64,000 nt of DNA from Candidatus Sulfomarinibacteraceae bacterium (GCA_963796455.1 CAWCLO010000010.1:256001-320000), one strand, 5' to 3'. Shown: positions 11,937-31,733, counted from the first letter of the stretch. Notes: generated by a model not told the origin, from the sequence alone. Numbers and translations are program-made.

Positions 11937-12764
11937 CTACTTCTTCTTACGACGCGAGACGATGAGCCGATCCGAAGCATTTTTCTTGCTACGGGTCTTG
12001 GCGCCCTTGGTCGGCCAGCCCCACGGCGAAACCGGATGTCGGCCCTTGTTGCGGCCCTCACCGCCACCATGCGGGTGGTCGACGGGGTTCATGGCTGTGC
12101 CGCGAGTCTGCGGTCTGACACCGAGCCACCGCGAACGACCCGCTTTGCCGAGGGAGATGTTGCTGTGATCCGTGTTGCCGACCTGGCCGATCGTTGCCAT
12201 GCAGGTTGACAGCACCATGCGCATCTCACCCGACGGCATGCGGAGCGTGGTGTATTTGCCCTCTTTGGCCATGATCTGAGCCGATGTCCCGGCCGAACGG
12301 ACCATCTGGCCGCCCTTACCGGGTTTGAGCTCCACATTGTGGACCAGGGTGCCGAGAGGGATATTGCCGATGGGCATCGCATTGGCGGGCCTCACATCAA
12401 CCTTGTTACCGGCCACAACCCGATCGCCCACGGTCAACCCGACCGGAGCCAGGATGTATCTCTTCTCGCCGTCCGCATAGTGCAGGAGAGCGATATTGGC
12501 CGAGCGGTTGGGATCGTACTCGACGGTGGCGACACGCGCCGGAACATCGAGCTTGTTGCGCCGGAAATCGATGATCCGATAGCGCCGCTTGTGGCCTCTT
12601 CCGCGGTGGCGGGAGGTGATGTGGCCCTCCGCATTGCGTCCGGATGATCGCTTCTTGCCCTCGGTAAGTTTCTTGTGCGGACGATCGGTCGTCAGCTCCT
12701 GAAACTCCGAAGTCGTGACGAAGCGGCGCCCCGGAGAGGTCGGTTTGTATGACTTGATTGCCAT
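11937..12764 (-). CDS. rplB: 50S ribosomal protein L2
   Basis: [27 protein letters not shown]. Confidence 0.98.
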   Translation of the reverse strand: MAIKSYKPTSPGRRFVTTSEFQELTTDRPHKKLTEGKKRSSGRNAEGHITSRHRGRGHKRRYRIIDFRRNKLDVPARVATVEYDPNRSANIALLHYADGEKRYILAPVGLTVGDRVVAGNKVDVRPANAMPIGNIPLGTLVHNVELKPGKGGQMVRSAGTSAQIMAKEGKYTTLRMPSGEMRMVLSTCMATIGQVGNTDHSNISLGKAGRSRWLGVRPQTRGTAMNPVDHPHGGGEGRNKGRHPVSPWGWPTKGAKTRSKKNASDRLIVSRRKKK

Positions 12765-12774
12765 GACAGACTCC

Positions 12775-13068
12775 TCAGATTCCTTCGAAGAACTCGAGCG
12801 TCTTCGAGCCTTGAGCCAGGGTCACATAGGCCTTGCGGCTTGACGAACGGTGATTGACCGTACGTCCGTAGCGCAGAACCGGCTTGCCCTTGCGATTGAC
12901 AATGTGGACCCCCGTCACCTGGACGTCGAAGAGCTCCTCGACCGCCTTGCGAACCTGAATCTTGTTCGCTCTCTTGTCGACCTCGAAGCACACGGTGTTC
13001 TCGCGCTCCTGCATCAGGGTCGTTTTCTCAGTGATGAGAGGCCGCAGAATAATCTCGCGCGCCTTCAT
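12775..13068 (-). CDS. rplW: 50S ribosomal protein L23
   Basis: [23 protein letters not shown]; start trimmed to MKAREII. Confidence 0.94.
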   Translation of the reverse strand: MKAREIILRPLITEKTTLMQERENTVCFEVDKRANKIQVRKAVEELFDVQVTGVHIVNRKGKPVLRYGRTVNHRSSSRKAYVTLAQGSKTLEFFEGI

Positions 13069-13700
13069 GACAGCACCTCCGCGAGTGAACGAAGCGCCGG
13101 TTCCGACGCGAGGATCCAACGGTGGTTCAGCACCTCGTAGGTGTTCAAGGAACCGGCGTCGATCATCTTGATCTCGGGCCGGTTGCGACTCGCCAGATGG
13201 AGGTTGAGATTCTCCAACCCATCCACCAACAAAACCTTCTCACCGGCAACACCAAGCTTCTCCAAGCGTGCGAGAAATTCCTTGGTCTTGGGTGCGTCGA
13301 TTTCGAGCGAGCCCATCACCACCAGACGGCCTTCGGCAAGACGCTGCGACAGCACACCTCTGAGCGCTGCCCGGCGGGCCTTTTTGTTGACCTTTTGGGC
13401 ATACGACCGGGGCCGCGGTCCGTGGACCGTACCACCCGAGCGCCACAGCGGAGACTGGCGAGAACCAGCGCGTGCGCGACCGGTGCTCTTCTGCTTCCAG
13501 GGCTTCGACCGGGTGCCCTTGACATCCGAACGCTCCTTGGTCTTGTGCGTGCCGCGGCGGCGGCTCGCCAGATAGGCTCGAACCACTTCCCACACCAGGT
13601 GCTGGTTGACCTGATGGGCAAAGACCTCATCCGGGAGGTCGACATTGCCGACCACCTCGTTGTCCCAGTTTTTGACGTCAACCTTCATGACTTTACCCAT
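13065..13700 (-). CDS. rplD: 50S ribosomal protein L4 (start 13700 or 13688)
   Basis: RGTHKTK, KPWKQKSTGRARAGS, GGTVHGPRPR. Confidence 0.96.
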   Translation of the reverse strand: MGKVMKVDVKNWDNEVVGNVDLPDEVFAHQVNQHLVWEVVRAYLASRRRGTHKTKERSDVKGTRSKPWKQKSTGRARAGSRQSPLWRSGGTVHGPRPRSYAQKVNKKARRAALRGVLSQRLAEGRLVVMGSLEIDAPKTKEFLARLEKLGVAGEKVLLVDGLENLNLHLASRNRPEIKMIDAGSLNTYEVLNHRWILASEPALRSLAEVLS

Positions 13701-13704
13701 CCCC

Positions 13705-14331
13705 TCATGAGGCCTTGACGATCCGGATGTAGCTGTTACGCGCACCCGGAACCCCGCCTTTGAGGAAAATCAGATTGCGCTCGGCATCGACTTTGACAAC
13801 GCGAGCGTTTTTGATTGTGGCTCTCTTGTTGCCCAGCTGTCCGGGCATCTTCTGCCCCGGGAAAACCCGCGACGGCCACGCCGATCGACCAATCGAGCCC
13901 GGCGCACGGTGAAACATGGAACCGTGGGTCGCCTTGCCGCCGCCGAAACCGTGGCGCTTGATCACGCCCTGGAATCCGCGGCCCTTGGAGCGACCGACCA
14001 CATGGACCGCGTCATCCGCATCGAAGATGTCCGCCAGTACCGAGTCGCCGGGCTTGGATTCATCACCCGAGTCAACCGGAACTTCAGCCACAAAACGTGT
14101 CGGCGGGACGCCGGCCGCTTTGAAATGCCCGGTTGTCGCCTTCGCCGCATTCTTGCGAGGCGTGCGTTCGACGAGGCCGATCTGAACCGCCTCGTAGCCG
14201 TCGACACCAGTCGATTTCTTCTGCACAACGATGCATGGCCCGGCTTCGACAACAGTCACCGGGACCACTCGTCCCTCGTCATCGAAGATCTGGGTCATGC
14301 CGACCTTTTTTCCGAGTATGCCGCGTACCAT
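13705..14331 (-). CDS. rplC: 50S ribosomal protein L3
   Basis: [33 protein letters not shown]. Confidence 0.97.
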   Translation of the reverse strand: MVRGILGKKVGMTQIFDDEGRVVPVTVVEAGPCIVVQKKSTGVDGYEAVQIGLVERTPRKNAAKATTGHFKAAGVPPTRFVAEVPVDSGDESKPGDSVLADIFDADDAVHVVGRSKGRGFQGVIKRHGFGGGKATHGSMFHRAPGSIGRSAWPSRVFPGQKMPGQLGNKRATIKNARVVKVDAERNLIFLKGGVPGARNSYIRIVKAS

Positions 14332-14335
14332 TGGA

Positions 14336-14656
14336 TCACCTCGCTCCGTAGGCCTTGATCTCGACGTCGACGCCCGCGGGCAGCTCGAGCTTCATCAAGG
14401 CATCAATGGTCTGTTGGGTCGGTTCGAGGATATCCAGCAGCCTCTTGTGGGTGCGGATTTCGAACTGCTCACGCGACTTCTTGTCCACGTGAGGTGAACG
14501 AAGCACGGTGAAGCGTTGGATATGGGTCGGCAGCGGAATCGGGCCCGCGATGCGGGCGCCGGTGCGCTGCGCGGTGTCGACGATCTCGGTCGCCGACTGA
14601 TCCAACAGACGGTAGTCGTACGCTTTCAGACGGATGCGGATCTTGTCGCTCGCCAT
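14336..14656 (-). CDS. rpsJ: 30S ribosomal protein S10
   Basis: [36 protein letters not shown]. Confidence 0.98.
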   Translation of the reverse strand: MASDKIRIRLKAYDYRLLDQSATEIVDTAQRTGARIAGPIPLPTHIQRFTVLRSPHVDKKSREQFEIRTHKRLLDILEPTQQTIDALMKLELPAGVDVEIKAYGAR

Positions 14657-14659
14657 CGT

Positions 14660-15853
<1,194 letters not shown>

Positions 15854-15866
15854 CGCTGCTGCCTCC

Positions 15867-17954
15867 TTAGGCCGTCATGCCCGTAACACGGGCGACGATC
15901 TCGTCCGCCTTGGCTTGCGGAACCTCGTCGTAGTGGTCGAACTGCATGCTGTATGTGGCCCGCCCCTGGGTCTGCGATCGCAGATCGGTGGCGTAACCGA
16001 ACATTTCGGAAAGTGGTACGTGAACTGTCGCGACCTGGAACCCGGCGCGCGATTCCATTCCGAGCACCCGCCCACGGCGGCGATTGAGATCGCCGATGAC
16101 ATCTCCGAGGTATTGCTCGGGGGTCACCGCTTCGACTTCCATCACCGGCTCCATCAACACCGCGTGTGCTTTCTTTGCGGCGTTCTGCAGGGCCATCGAC
16201 CCGGCGACCTTGAAGGCAAGCTCGGACGAGTCGACATCGTGAAAAGAACCATCAAACAGGGCCGCCCCGACACCCATGAGCTGATAGCCGGCGAGGACAC
16301 CACGGTCCATTGCCTCGCGGACGCCAATCTCGACGGGACGGATGAACTCCTTGGGGATCACGCCGCCGGTGATCTCGTTGACAAACTCGAACTCGGAACC
16401 ATCTCTCAAAGGCCAGATACGAAGCTTGACATGACCATACTGGCCGCGGCCCCCGGACTGACGCACGAAGAGCCCCTCAGCCTCGGATTCCCGGGTGATG
16501 GCCTCACGATAAGCGACCTGGGGACGACCAACCTTGGCGCCGATCTTGAACTCACGGGTGAGACGGTCGGAAATGATCTCGAGGTGGAGCTCGCCCATGC
16601 CCGAGATGATGGTCTGCCCCGTCTCCTCGTCGATCTTGACTCGGAAGGTCGGATCTTCTTGAGTGAGCTTGTCGAGAGCCGCGCCGAGCTGATCCTGGTC
16701 GGCTTTGGTGCGCGGTTCGATGGCCACCGAAATAACCGGTTCGGGGAACTGCATCGCTTCGAGGACGATCGGGTTCTTGCGGTCACAGATGGTGTCGCCG
16801 GTACCGGCATTGCGAAGACCGACCACCGCACAGATATCGCCGGCGAAGACCTCGGAGAGTTCCTCGCGTTTGTTGGCGTGCATCTTCAGCAGGCGCCCGA
16901 TGCGCTCTGATTTTCCGGTGGCCGCATTGCTCACCGAGGTCCCGGTCGCCACCTTGCCGGAGTAGATCCGAATAAAGGACAACTGACCGACAAAAGAGTC
17001 GTTCATGATCTTGAAGACAAGGGCCGCAAATGGTTCGTTGTCATCCGCCGGTCGGGTGTCGATCTTCTTGCCGTCCGGGCTCAAGCCCTCGATCGGCGGA
17101 ATATCCTCGGGCGACGGCAGGAAGTCCACCACCGCATCGAGCAGCGGTTGCACGCCGCGGTTTTTGAAGGCCGAACCGCACAGAACAGGAACCAGCGCGC
17201 CGGCAATGGTTCCCAGGCGCAGACCTTTGAGGATCTGCTCCTCGTCAAGGCTTCCGTCTGCCAGATATTTTTCGAGCAAATCTTCGGATGTTTCGGCAAT
17301 CGCCTCAAAGAGGCGCTCGCGATACTCCTCGACCTCACCACGATAGCTCTCCGGGATCTCTTCCTCGTGGTACTCGGCGCCCAGTGTTTCTTCGTGATAG
17401 TGGTAGGCCTTGAGCCTGACAATGTCGATCACGCCCGCAAAGTTCTCCTCGCTGCCGAGGGGAATCTGAACCGGAACCGGATTGGCCTTGAGCTTGCTCT
17501 GAATCTGATCGATCACACCGGCAAAGTTGGCGCCGGTGCGGTCCATTTTGTTGATAAAGGCCACTCGCGGCACCTGGTAACGATCAGCCTGGCGCCAGAC
17601 GGTTTCGGACTGGGGCTCGACTCCGCCGACCGCACAGAAAACCGCCACCGCGCCGTCGAGCACACGAAGGCTGCGCTCGACCTCGGCCGTGAAGTCGACA
17701 TGTCCGGGGGTATCGATGATGTTGATTCGGTGATCGCGCCAGAAACAGGTTGTCGCAGCGGAAGTGATCGTGATGCCCCGCTCCTGTTCCTGAGGCATCC
17801 AGTCCATGGTGGCGGTGCCGTCATGGACCTCACCGATCTTGTAATTGATGCCCGTGTAATACAGCACACGCTCGGTAGTCGTCGTCTTACCGGCATCAAT
17901 GTGGGCCATGATGCCGATATTCCGGACCTGAGCAAGTGGGATAATACGGGGCAT
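15867..17954 (-). CDS. fusA: Elongation factor G
   Basis: [37 protein letters not shown]; start trimmed to MPRIIPL. Confidence 0.98.
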   Translation of the reverse strand: MPRIIPLAQVRNIGIMAHIDAGKTTTTERVLYYTGINYKIGEVHDGTATMDWMPQEQERGITITSAATTCFWRDHRINIIDTPGHVDFTAEVERSLRVLDGAVAVFCAVGGVEPQSETVWRQADRYQVPRVAFINKMDRTGANFAGVIDQIQSKLKANPVPVQIPLGSEENFAGVIDIVRLKAYHYHEETLGAEYHEEEIPESYRGEVEEYRERLFEAIAETSEDLLEKYLADGSLDEEQILKGLRLGTIAGALVPVLCGSAFKNRGVQPLLDAVVDFLPSPEDIPPIEGLSPDGKKIDTRPADDNEPFAALVFKIMNDSFVGQLSFIRIYSGKVATGTSVSNAATGKSERIGRLLKMHANKREELSEVFAGDICAVVGLRNAGTGDTICDRKNPIVLEAMQFPEPVISVAIEPRTKADQDQLGAALDKLTQEDPTFRVKIDEETGQTIISGMGELHLEIISDRLTREFKIGAKVGRPQVAYREAITRESEAEGLFVRQSGGRGQYGHVKLRIWPLRDGSEFEFVNEITGGVIPKEFIRPVEIGVREAMDRGVLAGYQLMGVGAALFDGSFHDVDSSELAFKVAGSMALQNAAKKAHAVLMEPVMEVEAVTPEQYLGDVIGDLNRRRGRVLGMESRAGFQVATVHVPLSEMFGYATDLRSQTQGRATYSMQFDHYDEVPQAKADEIVARVTGMTA

Positions 17955-18006
17955 TTTTTCAAAGATCTCCTGCGCAACCCTGTCGTTTGTTCTGAACTGT
18001 TCTCCG

Positions 18007-18477
18007 CTACCAGCGATAGTGGGCAAAGGCTTTGTTCGCCTCGGCCATGCGATGGGTGTCATCGCGCTTTTTGATCGTTCCACCCCGATTCGAAGCCGCA
18101 TCGAGGAACTCGCTCGCGAACTTCTGAGTCATCGTCTGTTCATGGCGCGACTTGGCAAAACCGATCAGCCACCGGATGGCCAGAGCCTGCTGCCGATCCG
18201 AGCGCACCTCCATCGGAACCTGGTAAGTGGAGCCACCGACGCGGCGAGATTTGACCTCGACCTGCGGCTTGGCGTTTTCCACTGCGCGCTTGAAGACCTT
18301 GAGCGGGTCGTCGCCGGTCCGCTCTTCAATGAGGCTGAGCGCCCCGTAGAAAATCCGTTCCGCCACGGTCTTCTTGCCCTGAATCGTCACGTTGTTGATG
18401 AACTTCGTGACCAGGCGCGAATTGTAGACCGGGTCCGGAAGGACTCTTCGCTTGTCAATAGTTGCTCGCCGAGGCAT
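18007..18477 (-). CDS. rpsG: 30S ribosomal protein S7
   Basis: [26 protein letters not shown]. Confidence 0.98.
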   Translation of the reverse strand: MPRRATIDKRRVLPDPVYNSRLVTKFINNVTIQGKKTVAERIFYGALSLIEERTGDDPLKVFKRAVENAKPQVEVKSRRVGGSTYQVPMEVRSDRQQALAIRWLIGFAKSRHEQTMTQKFASEFLDAASNRGGTIKKRDDTHRMAEANKAFAHYRW

Positions 18478-18494
18478 GCGTTGCTCCCCCCGCC

Positions 18495-18869
18495 CTAGTT
18501 CTTCGGCCGCTTGGCGCCGTACTTCGAGCGGCGCTGGCGGCGACCCTCGACACCCTGGCTATCCATGGTGCCGCGGATGATGTGGTAGCGAACGCCCGGC
18601 AGATCCTTGACGCGGCCGCCGCGGATCATCACCTGCGAGTGCTCCTGCAGATTGTGGCCCTCACCCGGAATGTAGGCGGTGACCTCGATACCGTTGGTCA
18701 AGCGAACACGGGCCACCTTGCGGAGGGCCGAGTTCGGTTTTTTGGGCGTCGTCGTAAAGACACGCGTACAAACGCCTCGTCGCTGCGGACATGACTGCAG
18801 CGCCGGACTCTTGGTCTTTTCGGTTGCCACCTTGCGGCCCTGACGGACCAATTGCGAGATCGTCGGCAT
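18495..18869 (-). CDS. rpsL: 30S ribosomal protein S12
   Basis: [33 protein letters not shown]. Confidence 0.98.
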   Translation of the reverse strand: MPTISQLVRQGRKVATEKTKSPALQSCPQRRGVCTRVFTTTPKKPNSALRKVARVRLTNGIEVTAYIPGEGHNLQEHSQVMIRGGRVKDLPGVRYHIIRGTMDSQGVEGRRQRRSKYGAKRPKN

Positions 18870-18963
18870 GTTCGCTCCCTGTGTAATTCCATAAATCCAA
18901 GCGGATAGGCCACTTGGCTGTTTCCAGTGTGTACGAGCCCTGACCGTGAGTCAGAGCCGCGGA

Positions 18964-18992
18964 AGAATACCCAAGATGCCGCGTTCTGTCAA
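18964..18992 (-). promoter_or_regulatory. sigma-70-type promoter of the str operon
   Basis: Minus strand TTGACA-17 nt-TATTCT about 95 nt upstream of rpsL. Confidence 0.75.
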
Positions 18993-19248
18993 GCGGTTCT
19001 AGGGCGTTTTCGGCACATCAGAACGTTTTTTCGCCACCGGAGGGTCTCGAAACTCGCTCCTCGATGCTCGATCACTGCTGTCCAAAACAAATCGTCAGGT
19101 CGAGTTGCCCGCTTGACAACAAGAGGTTTACGGGTCGGTTTTTGGCATTTCCGGTTCGCGGTTTGCCCGTACCGGTACCCGATCCAGAAATACAGCGGCA
19201 GCGACAGCTTCCAGCGACAGGGAGCAGCGATCAGTCTTTGTTAGTCTT

Positions 19249-19306
19249 CAGTGTTCAGTGTTCAGTGTTCAGTGTTCAGCGGCAGCGGCAGCGGCAGCGG
19301 CAGCGA
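19249..19306 (+). repeat. (CAGTGTT)x4 followed by (CAGCGG)x4
   Basis: Directly visible; reverse-complement units CTGAACACTG and CTGCCGCTG occur after the ORF (19867-19882 and onward). Confidence 0.9.
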
Positions 19307-19326
19307 TCAGGAGTCCAGTCGGCGAA

Positions 19327-19466
19327 ATGGCCACCTCCGGGTCGTTCAACAGAAGGGGTAGCCGGTGGGCGGCCGATGTCAAGGACAGGCAGGGTGCAGG
19401 GCATCCTTGACATCGGCCACCACACCGGCTTGTGGGAAAGGGCATGAACGACCCGGAGGTGACCAT
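19327..19466 (+). ncRNA. Putative structured leader RNA (outer 22-bp stem enclosing a long hairpin)
   Basis: 19327-19348 pairs with 19445-19466 (21/22); GGCCGATGTCAAGGA 19371-19385 pairs with 19404-19418; AGCCGGTG/CACCGGCT; near-identical in copy 2. Confidence 0.6.
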
Positions 19467-19818
19467 GTCCTCAGCCGCCACGAACACCAACCTCGTTGCC
19501 CACTCGAAAGCCCTCGAAGCAGCAGGAATTGCGATCAAGCTCGTCATGAGGGTTCCAGCTCCGCTGAAGTCCATAGCCGATCAGGTGATCCGGTCGGCAA
19601 GTTCGGTCCCTGCGAATCTGGCGGAAGGGCACGGCCGAGTCGGTAGAGACCGGTCGAACCACTGGAGAATCGCCTACGCCTCGGCCAAAGAGGTCGACAG
19701 CCACTTGGAGCTCCTCGCCCATACCGGTGCGATCAGTCGGGATCGCGCCATTGAAGCGATGAACGCCTTCGATCAGGTCCGAGCGATGACCTGGCGGCTC
19801 TTGAACCCGACCAAGTAA
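19465..19818 (+). CDS. Four helix bundle protein (23S rRNA IVP / Avd-like family), copy 1
   Basis: 117 aa; DQVIRSASSVPANLAEGHGR...IAYASAKEV signature; GGAGGTG SD just before ATG 19465. Confidence 0.88.
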   Translation: MSSAATNTNLVAHSKALEAAGIAIKLVMRVPAPLKSIADQVIRSASSVPANLAEGHGRVGRDRSNHWRIAYASAKEVDSHLELLAHTGAISRDRAIEAMNAFDQVRAMTWRLLNPTK

Positions 19819-19992
19819 GGGCTGTTCGCCGACGCTGCCCCAGCCGCTGGTTGCTGACGCTGATGACTGAACACTGCCGCTGGCGACTGTTCGCTGCCGC
19901 TGCCCCGGGGCGCTGCCGCCGTCGCTGTCCCTGAACGCTGCCAGAGACTCTGTCTTGGACACGAAAAATCGGGTTTGGGCATCCAGCATCAG

Positions 19993-20020
19993 AAAAAAAG
20001 GGCCGCCCCGAAGGGCGGCC
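19993..20020 (-). terminator. Intrinsic terminator downstream of rpoC
   Basis: Minus strand GGCCGCCC-TTCG-GGGCGGCC then C and T7. Confidence 0.85.
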
Positions 20021-20041
20021 GGGATTGATTTCGAGCGACGT

Positions 20042-24265
<4,224 letters not shown>

Positions 24266-24278
24266 GTGCAACCCCTTC

Positions 24279-28547
<4,269 letters not shown>

Positions 28548-28647
28548 GGACCTTCCCTTTCAACCAATAACGACACGGGGAGACAGAGCCTCCCCGCATC
28601 ATCAGGTGATGCTCTCAGAAACCAGGGACCGAATAGCGAAAGGCGCG

Positions 28648-29028
28648 TTACTTGATCTCCACCTGGGCGCCGGCCTCTTCGAACTTCTTCTTGACCTCTT
28701 CAGCCTCTTCTTTATTCACGGCTTCTTTGATCTTGGCGGGAGCGCTCTCGACCAACTCCTTGGCCTCTTTGAGACCCAGCGCGGTGACTTCGCGCACCGC
28801 TTTGATGACGTTGATCTTTTTGTCACCGATCGAGTTCAGGACGACGTCGAACTCGGTCTGCTCTTCGGCTGCTTCGGCAGCGGCACCAGGCATCGCACCC
28901 GCCATCATCATGGGGGCTGCAGCCGCTGCGGAGACACCGAATTCTTCCTCGATAGCCTTCACGAGCTCGTTGAGCTCGAGAACGGTCATCCCTTTGATCT
29001 CTTCCAACATTTTCTCAGTCGTAGCCAT
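28648..29028 (-). CDS. rplL: 50S ribosomal protein L7/L12
   Basis: [31 protein letters not shown]; start trimmed to MATTEK. Confidence 0.97.
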   Translation of the reverse strand: MATTEKMLEEIKGMTVLELNELVKAIEEEFGVSAAAAAPMMMAGAMPGAAAEAAEEQTEFDVVLNSIGDKKINVIKAVREVTALGLKEAKELVESAPAKIKEAVNKEEAEEVKKKFEEAGAQVEIK

Positions 29029-29041
29029 CGTCACATCCTCC

Positions 29042-29581
29042 TTAGGATTCTTGTGTTTCTTCGGTTTCGTTCTTTTCAGCGATCTGTCCGAGCACGGTGG
29101 CGAACTGTTGCAGCGGTGCATTCAGGGCCACCGCCAGGCGGCGCATCGGCGACTGCAGAAGCTGCAGCAGCTTGGCCACCAGTTCGTCGTGCGAAGGCAG
29201 ATCGGCGATCTTTTCCGCGTCCTTGCCCTCGAGGATCTGTCCCTCGAGGAAAGCCTGCTCAAAAGAGAGTTCCGGGTGGGTCTTGATAAAGCCCTTGAGG
29301 ACCTTGGCAAGAGCCACACCGTCACCTGCGGTCCAGGCCAGCACTTTCGGGCCGCTCAGGAAGGGTGTGATGCCCTCCATATCGGTGCCCTCGACCGCAA
29401 GCCGGACCACTGTGTTCTTTACAACCTTGTACGTCGCGTCTGTCTTCCGAACCTCCGAACGAAGGATGTTGACATCGTTGACGTTGAGTCCCCGGTTTTC
29501 GAGGAGAAAGAGCGTCGAGACATCCGACAACCTGTCGCGAAGCTCGAGCGACTGCTCGTGTTTCTGCTCCTTGGTCAGCAT
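29042..29581 (-). CDS. rplJ: 50S ribosomal protein L10
   Basis: RGLNV, YKVVKNT, IADLPS; position between rplA and rplL. Confidence 0.95.
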   Translation of the reverse strand: MLTKEQKHEQSLELRDRLSDVSTLFLLENRGLNVNDVNILRSEVRKTDATYKVVKNTVVRLAVEGTDMEGITPFLSGPKVLAWTAGDGVALAKVLKGFIKTHPELSFEQAFLEGQILEGKDAEKIADLPSHDELVAKLLQLLQSPMRRLAVALNAPLQQFATVLGQIAEKNETEETQES

Positions 29582-29591
29582 CTTCCTCCTC

Positions 29592-30290
29592 CTATTTCAT
29601 ATCGAGGGTGCCGACATCCACTTGGATGCCCGGACCCATGGTCGAACACAGAAAAACGGTATGAACGTAACGCCCCTTTGCGGTCGCCGGTTTGGCCTTT
29701 TGGACCGCGGAAATCAGGCTGCGAGCGTTCTCGATCAGATTCTCGGCCGAGAAACTGACTTTGCCAACCGGGGCGTGAATGATCGCCGTACGGTCGACTC
29801 GAAACTCGACCTTACCGGCCTTGATGTCATTGACAGCAGCCGCGATCTCGGGCGTAACGGTTCCCGACTTGGGGTTTGGCATCAAACCCCGTGGACCGAG
29901 GACACGACCGACTTTCGAGAGATTCCTCATCATATCCGGGGTCGCCACGATGGCATCGATCTCGAGCCAACCACCCTGGATTTTTTCGATCGCCTCGTCG
30001 CCGGACATCACATGATCCGCTCCGGCGTCTTCGGCCTCTTTCTGCGCCGGGCCCTCACACACCGCTAGAACCCGGAGGCTCTTACCGGTGCCGTGAGGGA
30101 GAACAACCGTGCCGCGGACCATCTGGTCAGCATGGCGCGGATTGACCCCGAGCCTCATCGCCATCTCGACCGTCTCGTCGAAACCGGCAAAAGCGGTTTC
30201 CCGAACGAGACCGATCGCTTCTTCGAGCGGATACGGTCTGCGTTCGACTTTGGCGGCCGACTCACGAAACTTTTTACCCCTGCGGGCCAT
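29592..30290 (-). CDS. rplA: 50S ribosomal protein L1
   Basis: [40 protein letters not shown]; start trimmed. Confidence 0.97.
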   Translation of the reverse strand: MARRGKKFRESAAKVERRPYPLEEAIGLVRETAFAGFDETVEMAMRLGVNPRHADQMVRGTVVLPHGTGKSLRVLAVCEGPAQKEAEDAGADHVMSGDEAIEKIQGGWLEIDAIVATPDMMRNLSKVGRVLGPRGLMPNPKSGTVTPEIAAAVNDIKAGKVEFRVDRTAIIHAPVGKVSFSAENLIENARSLISAVQKAKPATAKGRYVHTVFLCSTMGPGIQVDVGTLDMK

Positions 30291-30780
30291 TGGCCACCTC
30301 CAGGTCTTCGCTATCACCGTCCGCCGCAGGCTCCTCGATCTCGATCACTCCGGCGGTCAGGCCGACATCGATGCCCATCGACCGGGCGGTCCCGAGGATG
30401 ATCTTGACTGCAGCCTCCAGCGTTTCGGCGTTGAGATCGACCATCTTGGTCTTTGCGATCTCTTCGACGTTGCTCTGGGTCACTGTTCCAACCTTGATCT
30501 TGTTTGGTTCACCCGAGCCCTTTTCGAGCCCGGCGGCCCGACGCAGCAGGAATGATGCCGGCGGAGTTTTGGTAATGAACGAGTACGTGCGGTCTGCGTA
30601 GACCGTGATTACAGCGGGAATAATGATTCCCTGTTCCTTCTGCGTGCGGGCGTTGAACGCCTTGCAGAAGTCCATGATGTTGAGTCCGTGTTGCCCCAGC
30701 GCAGGACCGACCGGCGGCGCTGGCGTCGCCTGCCCACCCGGCAGCTGGAGCTTGATTTCTCCGATGACTTTCTTAGCCAT
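30274..30780 (-). CDS. rplK: 50S ribosomal protein L11 with acidic C-terminal extension
   Basis: [28 protein letters not shown]; tail overlaps the rplA start. Confidence 0.96.
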   Translation of the reverse strand: MAKKVIGEIKLQLPGGQATPAPPVGPALGQHGLNIMDFCKAFNARTQKEQGIIIPAVITVYADRTYSFITKTPPASFLLRRAAGLEKGSGEPNKIKVGTVTQSNVEEIAKTKMVDLNAETLEAAVKIILGTARSMGIDVGLTAGVIEIEEPAADGDSEDLEVANGPQG

Positions 30781-30789
30781 GGTTTCTCC

Positions 30790-31323
30790 TCAATTGAGTT
30801 TCTGCACCTGGCGAAACTCCATCTCGACCGGAGTCTCACGACCAAAGATCGTGACCATCACTTTGAGGGTCGAGCGATCGTAATTAACCTCTTCAACGAC
30901 ACCGTTGAATGAAGCGAAGGGGCCGTCAGTGATGCGAATGCTCTCGCCCTTTTCGTACATCTCCGTGGGTCGCGGTTTTTCCTGGGTCGCCACCGACTGA
31001 TGGAGGATCTGATTGACCTCTTCTTCAGTCAGGGGTGTAGGTTTTTTCCCGGCGCCGACAAATCCCGTGACCTTGGGGGTGTTCCGAACAAGGTGCCACG
31101 CATCGTCGGTCATCTCCATTTCGACCAGCACGTAACCGGGGAAGAACTTGCGGCGCACCTCGCGCTTCTTACCGTTCTTCATCTCGACCACGGTCTCGGT
31201 CGGAACCTGAACTTCGCCGAAGAACTCTTCCATACCCAAGGCCTCGACGCGCTGTTCGAGGGTCTTTTGAACCCGATCCTCGAAACCTGAGTACGTGTGG
31301 ATGATGTACCACTGCTTGGCCAT
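30790..31323 (-). CDS. nusG: Transcription factor NusG
   Basis: WYIIHTYSGFE, FPGYVLVEM, GPFASFNG, IFGRETPVE. Confidence 0.98.
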   Translation of the reverse strand: MAKQWYIIHTYSGFEDRVQKTLEQRVEALGMEEFFGEVQVPTETVVEMKNGKKREVRRKFFPGYVLVEMEMTDDAWHLVRNTPKVTGFVGAGKKPTPLTEEEVNQILHQSVATQEKPRPTEMYEKGESIRITDGPFASFNGVVEEVNYDRSTLKVMVTIFGRETPVEMEFRQVQKLN

Positions 31324-31333
31324 GAATGAGCTC

Positions 31334-31543
31334 CTACGAAAAGACGTCGAAAACTTCGAACAATTGGTTTCTCAGCAATAAAAAGACGAGATCGCACAAA
31401 TACAGATACACGCCGAAGATAAAGGAGGCGATCACGACCACTGTGGTCGTGTTGATGACCTCCTGTTTCGACGGCCAAGTAACCTTTTTGGTCTCGACCA
31501 CGACTTCAGAAAGAAATGTCTTGAGACGTGTCCACCACTGCAT
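31334..31543 (-). CDS. secE: Preprotein translocase SecE
   Basis: ETKKVTWPSKQE followed by one TM helix; upstream of nusG. Confidence 0.93.
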   Translation of the reverse strand: MQWWTRLKTFLSEVVVETKKVTWPSKQEVINTTTVVVIASFIFGVYLYLCDLVFLLLRNQLFEVFDVFS

Positions 31544-31568
31544 GCCGACGACTCCAGTCGAACGAATA

Positions 31569-31644
31569 TGGCAGGCCAGGAGGGACTCGAACCCCCAACA
31601 ACCGGTTTTGGAGACCGGGACTCTGCCAATTGAGCTACTGGCCT
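31569..31644 (-). tRNA. tRNA-Trp(CCA)
   Basis: AGGCCAG/CTGGCCT acceptor, loop CT-CCA-AA, GTTCGAG T-loop, encoded CCA. Confidence 0.96.
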
Positions 31645-31733
31645 GCGCGTGAAAATTTCACGCACCTCACCCGGATCGGCGCCAATGAGGCGCTTGACGG
31701 AACGAGGCGCTGCAAACCGCGCATATTCGTTTC

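Larger units (their letters stand above)
19071..19961 (+). mobile_element. Repeated four-helix-bundle cassette, copy 1 (putative element; mobility unproven)
   Basis: Homologous to 33615-34450 from ATCACTGCTGTC to GAGACTnTGTCyTGGACA; lies between the str promoter and the rpoC terminator. Confidence 0.55.

Noticed and set aside
19249..19306. Short repeat arrays as a CRISPR array
   Set aside because: Units are 6-10 nt tandem repeats without unique spacers, and no cas genes are present.
19432..19464. Longer N-terminus (MGKGMNDPEVT) for the four-helix-bundle ORF
   Set aside because: A strong SD precedes ATG 19465 and the upstream codons lie in the leader stem; the ATG at 19444 is not fully excluded.
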